Shown in pieces: positions 37,499-50,420 of a stretch of 64,000 nt of DNA. Source of the DNA: Antedon mediterranea. Lineage: Eukaryota > Animalia > Echinodermata. The number at the start of each line of letters is the position of its first letter. The stretch's first letter is position 1. Location of the stretch: the NCBI RefSeq assembly GCF_964355755.1, contig NC_092671.1, forward strand, positions 33,242,304-33,306,303, written 5' to 3'. The translations under genes and the position numbers were made by a program. The notes under the pieces were generated by a model. It worked only from the letters and a program-made list of their open reading frames with translations, did not search any database and had not been told where the DNA came from.

Positions 37499-39547
37499 CT
37501 GTTGAAGAGAAATAAAGATGTCAATATTAATGTGTTATGTGTGTCTGTGCAAGTAACCTACCAACATTTTTTTAATAGGCATTCAATTTTGTTATTTAAA
37601 AAAAAAATCTCCACTGAATAGCTCACACTCCCAACAAGTTTACTCATGGTCAGTTCAAAATTCAAAATATGCCCTTTTATAACAGGTTGAGACACCCATG
37701 TGTTAAGTTTGTTAACACACAGCAGTCAGGCAATAATTTATTCATTATTAGTATGCAGATGTCTGACTTGTGGCATTCAAATGCAGGTTAAAAAAAAAGA
37801 AAAGTAGGAGGAAACCTCAATTTGAAAACTTCAAAACAATGTGACCCTTGACCTGATAAACAGCACCCTATTTCATGTCAGTTTTTAGACCCTAAATGTA
37901 TTTTACAAAATATCAGTTGATTTTGATTTAGTGGTGTTTTTAAGTTTATCTGAATCAGAATATCACCAATATGGAACACTCTAAGCCAAGTTTTATGTGG
38001 AACAGCAATGTAAAATATTGCTTAATTATGCACATGCATTTCCATAGGCCCACAAAGAAAATGTAGTATTTATGTCTAAATACACTAACAATGTAGTCCC
38101 TAATAGAGGTACAAAAAATGTGCTCAGTGGCACTTACTAGAACAGATCCACCATTTATACATTCCCACTTGTAATGACAACATTAATCATATAAATATGA
38201 TCTTTAAAGGTTGGTTCCATTTCTTAGTTAAACAGGTGCTAATCTGTAGACTTAACTAAACCTTTGGTCACTATTGTTTTGGTACAGACCTCCCAAAGTC
38301 TGGCACAGATATTCTGGTATTTATAATTCATCCCGCACCTCTATTTATTTTTGTTTCTTGATTATCCATGATATGTAAAAAACATCCAGATAATGTATAA
38401 ATATATTATTTATCTACTAATAGGCTTCTAGTTCTCTTGTTTGCTTTTAATTTAATTTTGTTACTAGTTCAATATACACAAAAGAAAGTGAGAGGGAGGT
38501 AGTGCAGACATTCATTCAAATATTAAATAACAATAGTTGTAGTAGTAACACAGTTGAGACAAAAAAGCAAAAAGTTGAGTTTGATGGAAGTGATGACAAA
38601 CATGATAATCAGTGAAGCGTTTTAAAGAAAGTAAATGATTAGCTAAAGTAGAATGACGATGATGTGAATTGGCCTACCAAACGACAAAGCAATCTTCAGT
38701 TGAACTACTTATACCGACCAAGTGACCGACAAAAACCAGCCAACTACAGAAGGCAAGATTTACTAGGTCAGCATATAGTCCAAAACAAGTTTAGCAATCA
38801 ATTAAACAACTCGCACACATTATGTATACGAGGAACATGATGATATTTTCATGAGAAGGGCTGTTATCAATGCCTCTAGGGGACACTTGATTGTAGTTTT
38901 CTGATTGCTGTGTCAGAGTGCCTTTAGTAAATCTGATTTGCATCGTTTTACCACTGGAGTCAATTTGATCTTCATGTGAGATGTGATAATTGTTATAATA
39001 GGGAGTTGACAACAACAACAGCCAAAAGATGGAGAATAGGAGTCGCAAATGTAGATGAAAAGAAATTGTGTTAAGATTATTGTTAAACTATAATTATTTA
39101 AATGATGGTAATGATGATAATGATGACAATAATAATAATAAAACATTTAAATATGCATGCAAATAATGCATCCCATTAGGTCCACAAGATCTTTCATATC
39201 AAACAATAATTTACTTCAGAATCAATAAATCAAGTAGTAGTTAATTTGCCATATAATTTATATCTCTCTAAATTCCCTGCCATCAACCGCGCATCAATTA
39301 TCAATATTATAACACAACTGATTGTATCCTTTTAATTTGATTGTTCAATTATGCATCACATGTCATTTTGAATTACCTGTATCTAAGGAAAAAGTGATAT
39401 CTAATGGTGTAATAAATGCACTCTAATGCATGTTCAGTTCCCTGTAAACATTTTGATAATTTTTTAGTCTCGTTACAAAATTGTTCAACTCGTGAAATAT
39501 TCTCTCCATTCAACTCATAAACATTAATTATTTGAATACTATCTCAC

Positions 39548-40007
39548 CTGGTGACATTATGACAACGGCAGATAACAATGCGTACTCGCTATCCTCCAGT
39601 AACATCTGATTCACTCGTGCAGAGAAGTCAAACAAGAGATCAAATAAGTTTCCCAACGGCATTTCGTGCGTGTCTTTTAACGAGAACATATCACCCGTTG
39701 TCCACCAGTACACCATCCCATTACTGACGTTGGCGACGGTTGAAAACCTGATGGTTGCAACTTCAAACAAGCCAGTTTTAATCAACGTGATTTGGTCTTC
39801 TCGATTGAGGTTTTTGAAACCGGGAATTTTCTTGGCGAAGTTGACAATACGTGTGATTTGACTGGTGAATTTACTAGAAAAGAAGGTCCACATCTTCATT
39901 GTGTCCAATGGCTTGGAATAATCTAGCTCCTTCGGTGGCTTATCGGAAGTTGGAAATCCTGGCGGATGGTTGCATTTACTGCAATCATGGTTGTACCGTT
40001 CTTTAAG
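39548..40007 (-). CDS. NR1 nuclear receptor exon (LBD H3-H8)
   Basis: Acceptor tcttttag| and donor G|gtgaga. WTFFSSKFTSQITRIVNFAKKIPGFKNLNREDQITLIKTGLFEV is the LBD signature (FAKxIPGFxxLxxxDQxxL). 460 nt, phase 0 to 1. Confidence 0.95.
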
Positions 40008-43000
40008 CTAAAAGATAAGAAATATTTCATCAGTACAACAGGAGTGTATGCAAGAGTTGGACCGTGCAAAATGAGCGGTGCCTATTGCAGGTGTTGATGT
40101 AGTCTATAAAACTAATATAAAATTCCACTACAGTATTATCTAATACACCATAAACTATTAAATTATTTCTAAATATTGGTTTCTTCTTAACTTAAAAAGC
40201 CCTTTTGCTTTATTTTCATTAAGCATTATTTAATGAAGGAAGAACTTTCAATGAGTCGAGGGGCGTTTTTTGTAAGATTATTTCTTGTTTAACTTATTCA
40301 CAATATTTTCATATTTCTTTCATACGTAAAATGAAAGAAAGAAAACATACTGTGAATGAACATGTTACAAATAAAGATTTTAGTTTTATTATAATATGAG
40401 ATACCAGTTAAAGCAATTTGGTAGCTCTATCAATATGATTGTATAATCAATATTTCAATGTATTATTTTCTAACCATAAAATCAATGATTTCAGAATGAT
40501 GTTTATAAGAAGTGGCTCAAATAATTACCATGAAATAAAAATTACTAATGATATGAACAAAGGACTCGAAGGATAAAAAGTAAAGTGTGTTACCGGTACC
40601 ACTATGCCACGGTTTCTCTTTTGCAACATACAGTATAGAAATTTGTATTAATTGATAAAAATAAGAAATTTAAAAGAAGTTGTTTTTAAAACATGGTCTG
40701 GTTTGGAAAGCAATTTTTTTTAAATTAAATTGTATTCACTAAATTAAAAAAATATTTAAAAAAATAAAAATCAAACACCACAAGTTTTGGTTAGTCAGGT
40801 TCTTACATAATATTAGGGAAAAGATGAATATTTTGCACAAATGGCATTTCGTGTGTATAATGAGCTCGAAAGACAAAAATCGAAAAGCCGACTGGTGGAC
40901 TAAAATAAAAATACAACAACTACAGGCTTGGGAAAGTCTAGTTTAGGGTCTTTTATTTGGCAGTTTTAAAAAGCCAATATCAAGTTGATAAATCTATAGC
41001 TAGCTGTTATAAAAATGAGAGTGATGCATTGACGGAAGTTGACATATCTACACCAGTTGATGTTAACAAAATGGTGATGGATCTTTGACAGATTTGTTTA
41101 ATTTTGGTTGTACTTTTGTAATGATAAATTAGAGAAGAACAAAACAACAATTGTATGTATTTGGTGCAAGTATATATGATGTAAAGAGGTATAGAAAGTA
41201 TTTGTTTGTTTGCTTTATTCGGTACCAGATACCAGGTATAAGACACCAGAATAACACATATAGCTGAAACAGCTTATTTCCAATGGGGTTTTTATTAATG
41301 GTAGGATAATAATTTGCATTGGGATGAAGATTTCAGAATTTGGAAGAGATTAAGTTTCCTAAAGTAGATGTACATACTGTATAGTGTTAAATGGAACAAT
41401 TCATCACGTTTTGGTCCAGATTACCTACATTAACCAGTAAGGTTTGCGGTTCTGTGTGCTATTATTTCCTTTGGGTATTTTTATTGTTTCGGGGAAAAAT
41501 TAATTTAGTCCAGCTGGGTGGTTGATTCTCGGCTTGGTCCTGGGAACCATATTTTAGGGCACAAAATAAAAACTTTGCTGAATGCTGCAGTAGGTTGCAG
41601 TTGGTTGCAGTTCTGTGTGATATTAGTATTATTACATTCAAGTTAAGTGTAGGCGTGGTTTATTTCTTTAAATGTTTATTTTTTTCCAAAAAAAAAATAG
41701 TAGTACGCTCTCAGAGTGCAATGTTTTCATTGTGTTTACATAATGTATTCTACTAGCACATGAAAGTGCATGGTATGTACTTTGACTATCAACTGGACAT
41801 ACATAAATTGGGGTCAGCCTACTTTATGTTGTTCTTTTCTTGTCATCAATCCATACTAGGTCAACAATCTAAAGGTGACTATTTCAGTCCACCTGGGAGA
41901 TTTAGGTGTAATTAATGCTGCAGTTGTACTTTAACTGTCTGACCCCAATAGATATTATTAAACTACAGTACAATTGTGTTAACTCACTGAAGAGTTATCA
42001 GAAAAAGAGCCACTACATGTTTAAACAATATTATTAGTAATATTATTAGTAGAACCATTTTTCATTTTAATACAATACAGATTTTATAAATTAATTTCTT
42101 TTTTAAGGTAAATGTTTGAAATGTTTGCAGATGCTTATTTTAATATATTCATAGTCTGATCACTGAACTTGTGTTTAATGCAATACTTGTAATTTGTTTT
42201 TTTTATTTTTTTTATTGGGCTATTATGGAAATCTTTTATAAATGTATTTATTATTATTTATTTATTTGTATGATGATTTTCCTAATAAATTCAAATCAAA
42301 TCAAACTTCTGCTAGGCAGAAAGTGGTCACAAAAAGGTTGTTTACCTCAAGGAATTGTATCTGGCCTAGTGTTCAGATTGTGCTATTTTGGTCACTGTTT
42401 GATCAAATTAGGTCCATAGTGTGAGGCTATAGATATCATAGGCTAATATGTATAAAAGGTAGTGTGAACACATAAACATTCTGGTTCTTAACTGTATATA
42501 AATGTAATGTATGTGCTGGTTTCAGATGCAATATGTTCACATTAAACTAGATGGACAAAGTACTGAAACATGAAACTATAACAATCATAGAAGGTGTTTG
42601 ATGAGGTACTTTACTATCAGCAATTGTGATGTACCAACATGGGATTGATGAATTAAAAGTCCAGTTGCCATCAACACATAATTTTGATGGAAAAAAAAAT
42701 CTGTTTTTTCTCCTAATTTTTGTACTGATAAAAAAAATATAAAAATATCTAGTAGTAGTTTTGAAAATTATACGGTCTGAAATTGAATTTAGTCTTCTTT
42801 GTCGCAGCAAGTTAATTCAAAATTCTATTTTAATATGTTATTGTCTTGTATTGCATTTTTTGTAGAATTCCCTAATGATCAACTAAAATATTGTTGAAAT
42901 AAATAAATATGAACTATAAAATATGTAGCTATAGAAAGTACTAAGTTAGTACTTCTAATGTCAGGTCAATGTTATATTGTATATACCAAAAGTCCACTAA

Positions 43001-43271
43001 GCAATTTACAAAGTACAACACATATACTGCAATAACGTACATTATCGTAATATGATTCAATGTTTCAACATTAATTATGAAGTTACAAAGTACTTTTTTA
43101 CTTTATAAGCAATTTAAAAAAAATCTGAACTTCCACCATTAAAGTATACTAATAGGGTTACAATTTTGTTTTTTTTCTGCAGAAAATGGAATTGATTTTA
43201 TTTATTTTTCATATTTTGGAGGAAAAATCTTTAACCAAGACATAAAAATATACTAATACACAAATACTTAC

Positions 43272-44683
43272 CCTTTCTCGTAGATTTTCATCTTCACCTA
43301 GAAAAGGATAATACTTTGTCCGTAAAAACTGTATACGTCTGAATGTGTAGAAACAGCTGTCGTGATAGGCTTTGTACACCTTTTGAACAATATCTGCATA
43401 TTTCTCCTCGTTTTCGGGTAAAATCGGAGCATTTAAATCAAAATCTGGCGGTATAGTGCTTAATTCTTCACGTCGTTTTATATGCATTGACATCTCACGA
43501 CCCATCTCGACAAAGTCCATGAATCCTGACGGACATTTGGAAATGATTGTGGAAGGAGAAAAATCAAGTTTCGGACTGCCCTCTGAGCTGGAGGAGATTG
43601 ACCGCGAGTCAGATTTACCGTCGGAACCAGCAGAATCGTAGGATGGAGGACCTCTTGAGAGGTCTTGCGGTTTTATTTGATGGTTTATATTATTACTATG
43701 ATAAGGTGAGAAATAAGGTGCTTTGTTATCATCGTAAAGAGGTGAAATGTCCATAGGCTCCTGTTTCCGTGGACTCATCTTTGTATGCCCTTTTGAAATA
43801 TAATTGCTCGGAGGAACATCCGATGGGAACTGGAAAACATCATTGGATAAGCTCTTTCCCTGGGAAGGTTTTTCATGAAGACTATCACGAGATAATCGAC
43901 TTCCTTTTTCGAGCGGTGTCGGGGCCATCACTTGGTGACTGCAAGACATAGTATCTTTGTTTTCTTGCTCACAAGGACTAGGAGTATCGCACGGAATCAG
44001 GATAACTGGTTGTCCAGATTGCAATATCTTGGTAATTTTATTTACAGGAATCTCTCCTGGACTACTTCCACACGAGATGGGGGCTGGAGAATGAACCTGT
44101 TGCGACCCTCTTCCAGGGCTCATTGCATACATGTCGTCGTGAGAGGGATGCGTTTCTGATTTTCTCATTGAATTTGTACCCATATTCGGATGTTTCTCTG
44201 GCATTGGCAACATATCTGGGGACAGTTGCGACATGTGTTGTCGGTTAGGAATTGAACTGGAAACTCTACTACAGCTACTGACTGCTGTAGAAGCTAACTG
44301 ACTCAAGGAAACTAGATCAGGATCCATGTCGGTGCTTTCATTTGGGTATTGACAATCATTTGGACTCATATCAAGTTCTCGTTTTATGATCATGCCTATA
44401 TTATGGCCAAATGCCATTTTGTGTGCCATCATACTATTCATTGGCATCGATTTATACAGCGACATGTGTGAAATAGAGGGCGGTAGTAATGTGCTTCCCG
44501 GGGGTTGCATAATTCCGGCACTGCTCGGTGGCATTTGATAGCCACCTTGACTAAATAGCCGTGGCTGATTCCCGTAAAAGCCCGCCGGTTTCATTGATGT
44601 GTTATCTCCAAGGTTTCGTTGCTTAGCAATTGTCTCATGCATTTTTTCAATCATGCGTTTTGATCGTCTCCCCAGCCTTGATG
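43272..44683 (-). CDS. NR1 nuclear receptor exon (DBD C-terminal extension, long hinge, LBD H1)
   Basis: Acceptor ttattgtag|; begins (A)SRLGRRSKR (GRIP/G-box-like); Ser/Pro/Met-rich hinge; IVQKVYKAYHDSCFYT (H1); donor AGG|gtaagt, phase 0 joining exon 40007. Confidence 0.92.
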
Positions 44684-45022
44684 CTACAATAAAGCAAATG
44701 AATAAATGTTAATATTATAATTAGTAATTAATTGAACCATTTAGGGATATATAATTCAGTATATTTGTGACATGATAAACTTTATTTAAAATAAAATCAT
44801 TAAGGATCATGTCAAAATTATTCTACTGCAGTCACTGCAGCAACTACATTTCGGTTAATCTTTAACTTATTTATGTAGTTTATTTATCAGCTTTTTGGGT
44901 TAAATCATATACACCATCTATATCAGTTACCGACTCATAAATCTCTACATACTATATAAACTAAAACCATACATTATTGCAGTAAAAAAAATGTAGGTAT
45001 GCTGTACTGCAGTACCTGCAGT

Positions 45023-45144
45023 CAAGGCTGTGGCGAGAGGTTAAAAACAGATGAGGGAAAGATTGGGAATCGGGGTGGGTGGTGAAAATTTAAAATTTCA
45101 GATGAGGCAAGCTCCTCCTCTGCCTCATGCTGGCTACGGCCCTG
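45023..45144. mobile_element. Short MITE of the same TIR type (hAT5-like)
   Basis: CAAGGCTGTGGCGAG...CTGGCTACGGCCCTG, flanked by GCAGT on both sides (45018-45022, 45145-45149). Confidence 0.7.
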
Positions 45145-46089
45145 GCAGTAGACTAATGTGGACATAGTCCCTTACAGTTATTCATAATTAAAATGTAATA
45201 TTAATGATATTATAATGCCAAATAAATTTAATATTTTCAAGGCCATATAATAGGTGGTAACATTATTTATGGTTACGTAAAATTTAAAAAATGATTTAAA
45301 ATGGCAGTAGACAAAATAAAAAGTTCTACAAAAAATTGAAGGACAAATAACCCCATTATATTTCACGCAAGAATTCCTCTTAGGCAATAAAAGTACCTCC
45401 TAAATAATCTCCAAATAGTAATCATCGTTATGACTGTCTGTTGCTTCGTAGTTTCAAATATAATTGTTCAGAGACTACCGCGTGTGTTGTGAAACCCGGG
45501 AAGATGCAATATCATTACAATGTTTGGGATAACATAACATAACAAAACTGCAATAAAACATGTCGTCGTCCTTGGTCATTAGAACCGCAACAGCTGGGGA
45601 CATATTACGAACAAACATTATTTTGCGTTTTTCCCCCAGTGACTTGATATATCAAACTCCACCTGTATTTGTTTTAAAAAATCTGAATAATTATTGTCCT
45701 GAAATTTCAAGGACATTTTGCTCGTCAAGTTTTTCTATATATTTTGTGGTAGGTACTATTATAAAAAAATGTATTATTGAAATCCATCATAGATTTTAAT
45801 TTGTATTTCAAAAAAAGAAATAAATGTGAATATATACTAACTGGCAAATTGATGGTATAAATTTTGCGCTTTTTCAAATATTAAGTCGATTTTTATAATA
45901 AAAATAAATACTGTAATTTTACAGGTATAGTTAAAATTAATTACATTTATAAAGTATTTGGTGTATGTCTTCAACAAAAGGATTGTTAATGTTAAACCAA
46001 TATGTTTTTCATGTACGCCTTTATTCTTCTTCAGTACGTATCATTTTCAGACAATATCTCTTCGGCCGTGTTTATACAGGCTTGCTATT

Positions 46090-46262
46090 AATTGAATGAA
46101 TATAATTTGGAGAGAGAGAGGGAATAGGTGAGAAGGAAAAGGAGGGAAGAGGAGAGAGGGAAGGGGAAAGGATGAATGAAAGACGGGAGAGGTGGAGGGA
46201 AGGAGACAGGAGTAGGAGGAAAAGAAAGGTAGGAGGGAAGAGGAGGAGGAGAGGATTGAGGA
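46090..46262. repeat. Polypurine (GA-rich) low-complexity tract
   Basis: ~170 nt that are almost entirely G/A on the + strand. Confidence 0.85.
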
Positions 46263-49009
46263 ATGTGCCATTATGATGCTCATGTTAAAGGTAGTCTTAA
46301 AATGACCGTAAACTGTTAGAAAATGGATATAAACTAAATACAAATCAATCTATTTAGGGTGCATTCCCAAAACTACCTAAAGGCATTTACTATCCTTACA
46401 ATAGTATATTTAAGCTTAAAACAAATAATAATACTTCATTTATTGCAATTTGTCATTTTAACTTAAAATATGTACAATCAACAATAAAACATGGAATAAC
46501 TGTCAGAACAGAATACCCCAGTCGGCTCTTAAATCACATCAAAACAGTTGTTAGTGCTGAAGTAGTAATGTTCTAACTCATATTACTATCTGATACATCA
46601 TAACAGTTTATAGCCAGGCAGTTCAAAGTTTTACTACCTTTCTTGAAATCCTAGGCAATGCATTTTTTTAAACCATTGATCAATAAAGATAAAAAATATG
46701 TAATAATAATAATAATATTTGAAACACAATGTTGTATTAATCTTTTTAAACCGATTACAAAAGTCTTAAAGTGATGGTTGACATAATTGAGTAACACTTA
46801 AAAGTAATAACTTGTTGAAAATAGAGATTAAAATTTGCAGGGGAAAATAAGCAACATGCTGCTACCTTTGCCCTTTTCACCATGTGAATTGCTCATGATT
46901 GTTGCGCTTTGCAAGGGATTTCGCATAATTTAGGCCCCAATTTTGGATAAATTCATTTCTGTATGTCTGTATTTGGGCCAAATTTCCGTAGAATTACGGA
47001 TGTTTCTATGTTACTTGAGAACTCTGAATTGGACCAGGTAGTTATTTTCTGCAGGCTATTTTTCATGAATACCGCTCTCTATTTTTCAATATTCCGATAT
47101 TTTCAAAGAATTTTTTTATGAATATTCATTGCAAATATTGTGTCCTACAATGACCTACAGTTAACTTCCTGAGATAGGAAGTAGAGGTCAGATTTGTCTG
47201 ACCTTACCTACAATGCATTGGTATGATTGACAGTTCATTTGATATGATTTTTTTGTGGTAACACCTTGTGAATGTTAAATACATTAGTAGTATAGCTTAA
47301 CGCAAGGTTAAATACTACAGGGCGTCTGTACTACGGAAATTTGGTCCACGGAAATAGATATAAATTCTAGGAAATACTTAGGCAAAATTATGATTTCATT
47401 TGAAAGCTCTGGTAAAAAACACAAAAATGTGGACAAATGGATCCACAGCATCACCAAAAGGCCCTCTCCATTTTTACCACGAGTGTAAAAACACAGCATG
47501 ATAGCCTTTCGTTTTCATGACGCGATAAGCAGGCATCTACACAACTCAAGTAAAAAAAACTAAGTGTGCATGCGAAGAATAATGTTTATCGTTGGTATAA
47601 CTAATTTCAGTAGTTTTTATAAAAATATTCATAAATTGTTTAACAACTATGAGAATCCTTATAAAGCAAATAATAGACCCAAAAACTACCAATAAACTGG
47701 TCTTCAATGAATTGATGGAAATTTACAGAAGCGAGGTGGGAGATAACATCATACTAAAATTGATAAATTTTCTTTGTCTTATGTGGGTTTGTCCCACTTT
47801 TATTATACTCCGTTATAAATATTTATATATGTGTACATTTATATTTTTTAAGCATATATTTTCCTCTCATTTATGTCTTACAATGTTAAAAATAGTTGCA
47901 ATAAATACTATTTGCTTATACTGTATATACATAAAATGATTGACTTATTATATTATACAATATACTGTATATATCATGAGTCTTCATTAAAGTTCAATGA
48001 CCTTAGAATGAGAGACATTGTGCCAGTTGTGTTTTTATTTTTTATAAACCCAAAGAACTTCCCTTACAATCACAATAGCGTCCCTCAGGGGAAAACTGCA
48101 TTGGCCAGCTGATTATTACATGATTATTATAGAAACATCAACAGCTTTATGCAATAAAACATGGATTAGTTGAAAAACATTGAGTTAAAAATTATGAACC
48201 AACTGAAGGGACATTATGAATTGGTTTGAGATATGTTATGAAGTTGTTATAGCTTTAATATAATTAAAAATGTAATATAACTATAAATAATCCAGTTAAT
48301 TAACGTATACTCAAGTATAATCTCTCCTCCTAATTAAGGGATATGAGTATAAGATTGAGAATAATCCTAGGCATGGGTTCCTAACCTTAATTTAGGCTAA
48401 ATTATGAACATATGACTTCGGTCAATTTTAATGTTAAAGGAAATCTGAGCAGCCTCCAGTCACTAATATCCGCCAAATATTCGTACCCAGACAGGTAGTT
48501 GGAATCGATACTCAGTCACTTTGTACTCAGTCCCCCTCGGACAATACTGTTTATTTTCGTACACAAACTCGAGTCACAAACAGTATTAACAGTAAATAAA
48601 TAAAATCACCAAATGATAGATATTCTAAAAATTATTTTTTTTACACTATTAATTTATAAACCAAACCTTTGTACCAAAATTAGCCTTTTATAAAAGGGTC
48701 ATTAGCTCTGACAATTTGCTTGATGTCCTTGCTAAAATTTAAAATGTGGAATTAGAATTGTGACAAGATTTGTTTGAAGTGGATTTTACATCGCATTAAA
48801 AGGATCATTTTAAATTGTTGAAATGGGCAGGAATACAATGGAATACCTCATGCCATTACAAGTATTAAAGTGCAAGTACTATGTACTATGCATTATGAAT
48901 CGAAATAAACACATGTCAGGGAACGTCATTCTGTTGAGACAAAGTATTCTGATCTTATTTGATGACGATGATGATGATGATCATCATCATCATAATCACC
49001 ATGATGATC

Positions 49010-50420
49010 ATGATGCAGTGAGTCTATTGTATTCCAAATAAACTATATTTACACGTACAGTGGAGCCTTTGTTTGGGATATCCCTATTTTGATGATGATG
49101 CTGCAGTGAGTCTATTACATTCACAGTGAACTCCATTAACAAGTATAGTGGAGCCTCTGTTTTGGGATATCCCTATGTTGATGCTGCAGTGAGTCTATTG
49201 CATTCACAGTGAACTCCATTAACAAGTATAGTGGAGCCTCTGTTTTGGGATATCCCTATGTTGATGCTGCAGTGAGTCTATTGCATTCACAGTGAACTCC
49301 ATTAACAAGTATAGTGGAGCCTCTGTTTTGGGATATCCCTATGTTGATGATTATGCTGATATGATTGTGACTTCCATCCACCCACATTTAATAATGTTAT
49401 GTAAATGTAAATGATATATATATATATATATAAGTGAGTGGAAAAAATAAATAAACGAAAAAATGCTGCAGTGAGTCTATTGCATTCACAGTGAACTCCA
49501 TTAACAAGTATAGTGGAGCCTCTGTTTTGGGATATCCCTATGTTGATGATTATGCTGATATGATTGTGACTTCCATCCACCCACATTTAATAATGTTATG
49601 TAAATGTAAATGATATATATATATATATATAAGTGAGTGGAAAAAATAAATAAACGAAAAAATGCTGCAGTGAGTCTATTGCATTCACAGTGAACTCCAT
49701 TAACAAGTATAGTGGAGCCTCTGTTTTGGGATATCCCTATGTTGATGATTATGCTGATATGATTGTGACTTCCATCCACCCACATTTAATAATGTTATGT
49801 AAATGTAAATGATATATATATATATATATAAGTGAGTGGAAAAAATAAATAAACGAAAAAATGCTGCAGTGAGTCTATTGCATTCACAGTGAACTCCATT
49901 AACAAGTATAGTGGAGCCTCTGTTTTGGGATATCCCTATGTTGATGATTATGCTGATATGATTGTGACTTCCATCCACCCACATTTAATAATGTTATGTA
50001 AATGTAAATGATATATATATATATATATAAGTGAGTGGAAAAAATAAATAAACGAAAAAATGCTGCAGTGAGTCTATTGCATTCACAGTGAACTCCATTA
50101 ACAAGTATAGTGGAGCCTCTGTTTTGGGATATCCCTATGTTGATGCTGCAGTGAGTCTATTGCATTCACAGTGAACTCCATTAACAAGTATAGTGGAGCC
50201 TCTGTTTTGGGATATCCCTATGTTGATGCTGCAGTGAGTCTATTGCATTCACAGTGAACTCCATTAACAAGTATAGTGGAGCCTCTGTTTTGGGATATCC
50301 CTATGTTGATGATTATGCTGCAGTGAGTCTATTACATTCACAGTGAACTCCATTAACAAGTATAGTGGAGCCTCTGTTTTGGGATATCCCTATGTTGATG
50401 CTGCAGTGAGTCTATTGTAT
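49010..50420. repeat. Compound tandem array: 83-bp units and four 199-bp units (83 + 116 bp)
   Basis: Units start at 49099, 49182, 49265, 49464, 49663, 49862, 50061, 50144, 50227, 50316; the three identical ORFs 199 bp apart confirm the period. Confidence 0.95.

Noticed and set aside
43456-44159. Four short + strand ORFs
   Set aside because: Antisense shadows of the nuclear receptor hinge exon.
37209-44683. Assigning a gene symbol (E78, NR1D1/Rev-erb, ROR)
   Set aside because: The diagnostic features are mixed and the DBD is missing; orthology needs a phylogeny.
48823-49041. ORF with poly-Asp/poly-His
   Set aside because: A translated (GAT)n/(CAT)n microsatellite.
49302-49984. Three identical 94-aa ORFs
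   Set aside because: They are by-products of the 199-bp tandem unit and include translated (AT)n.
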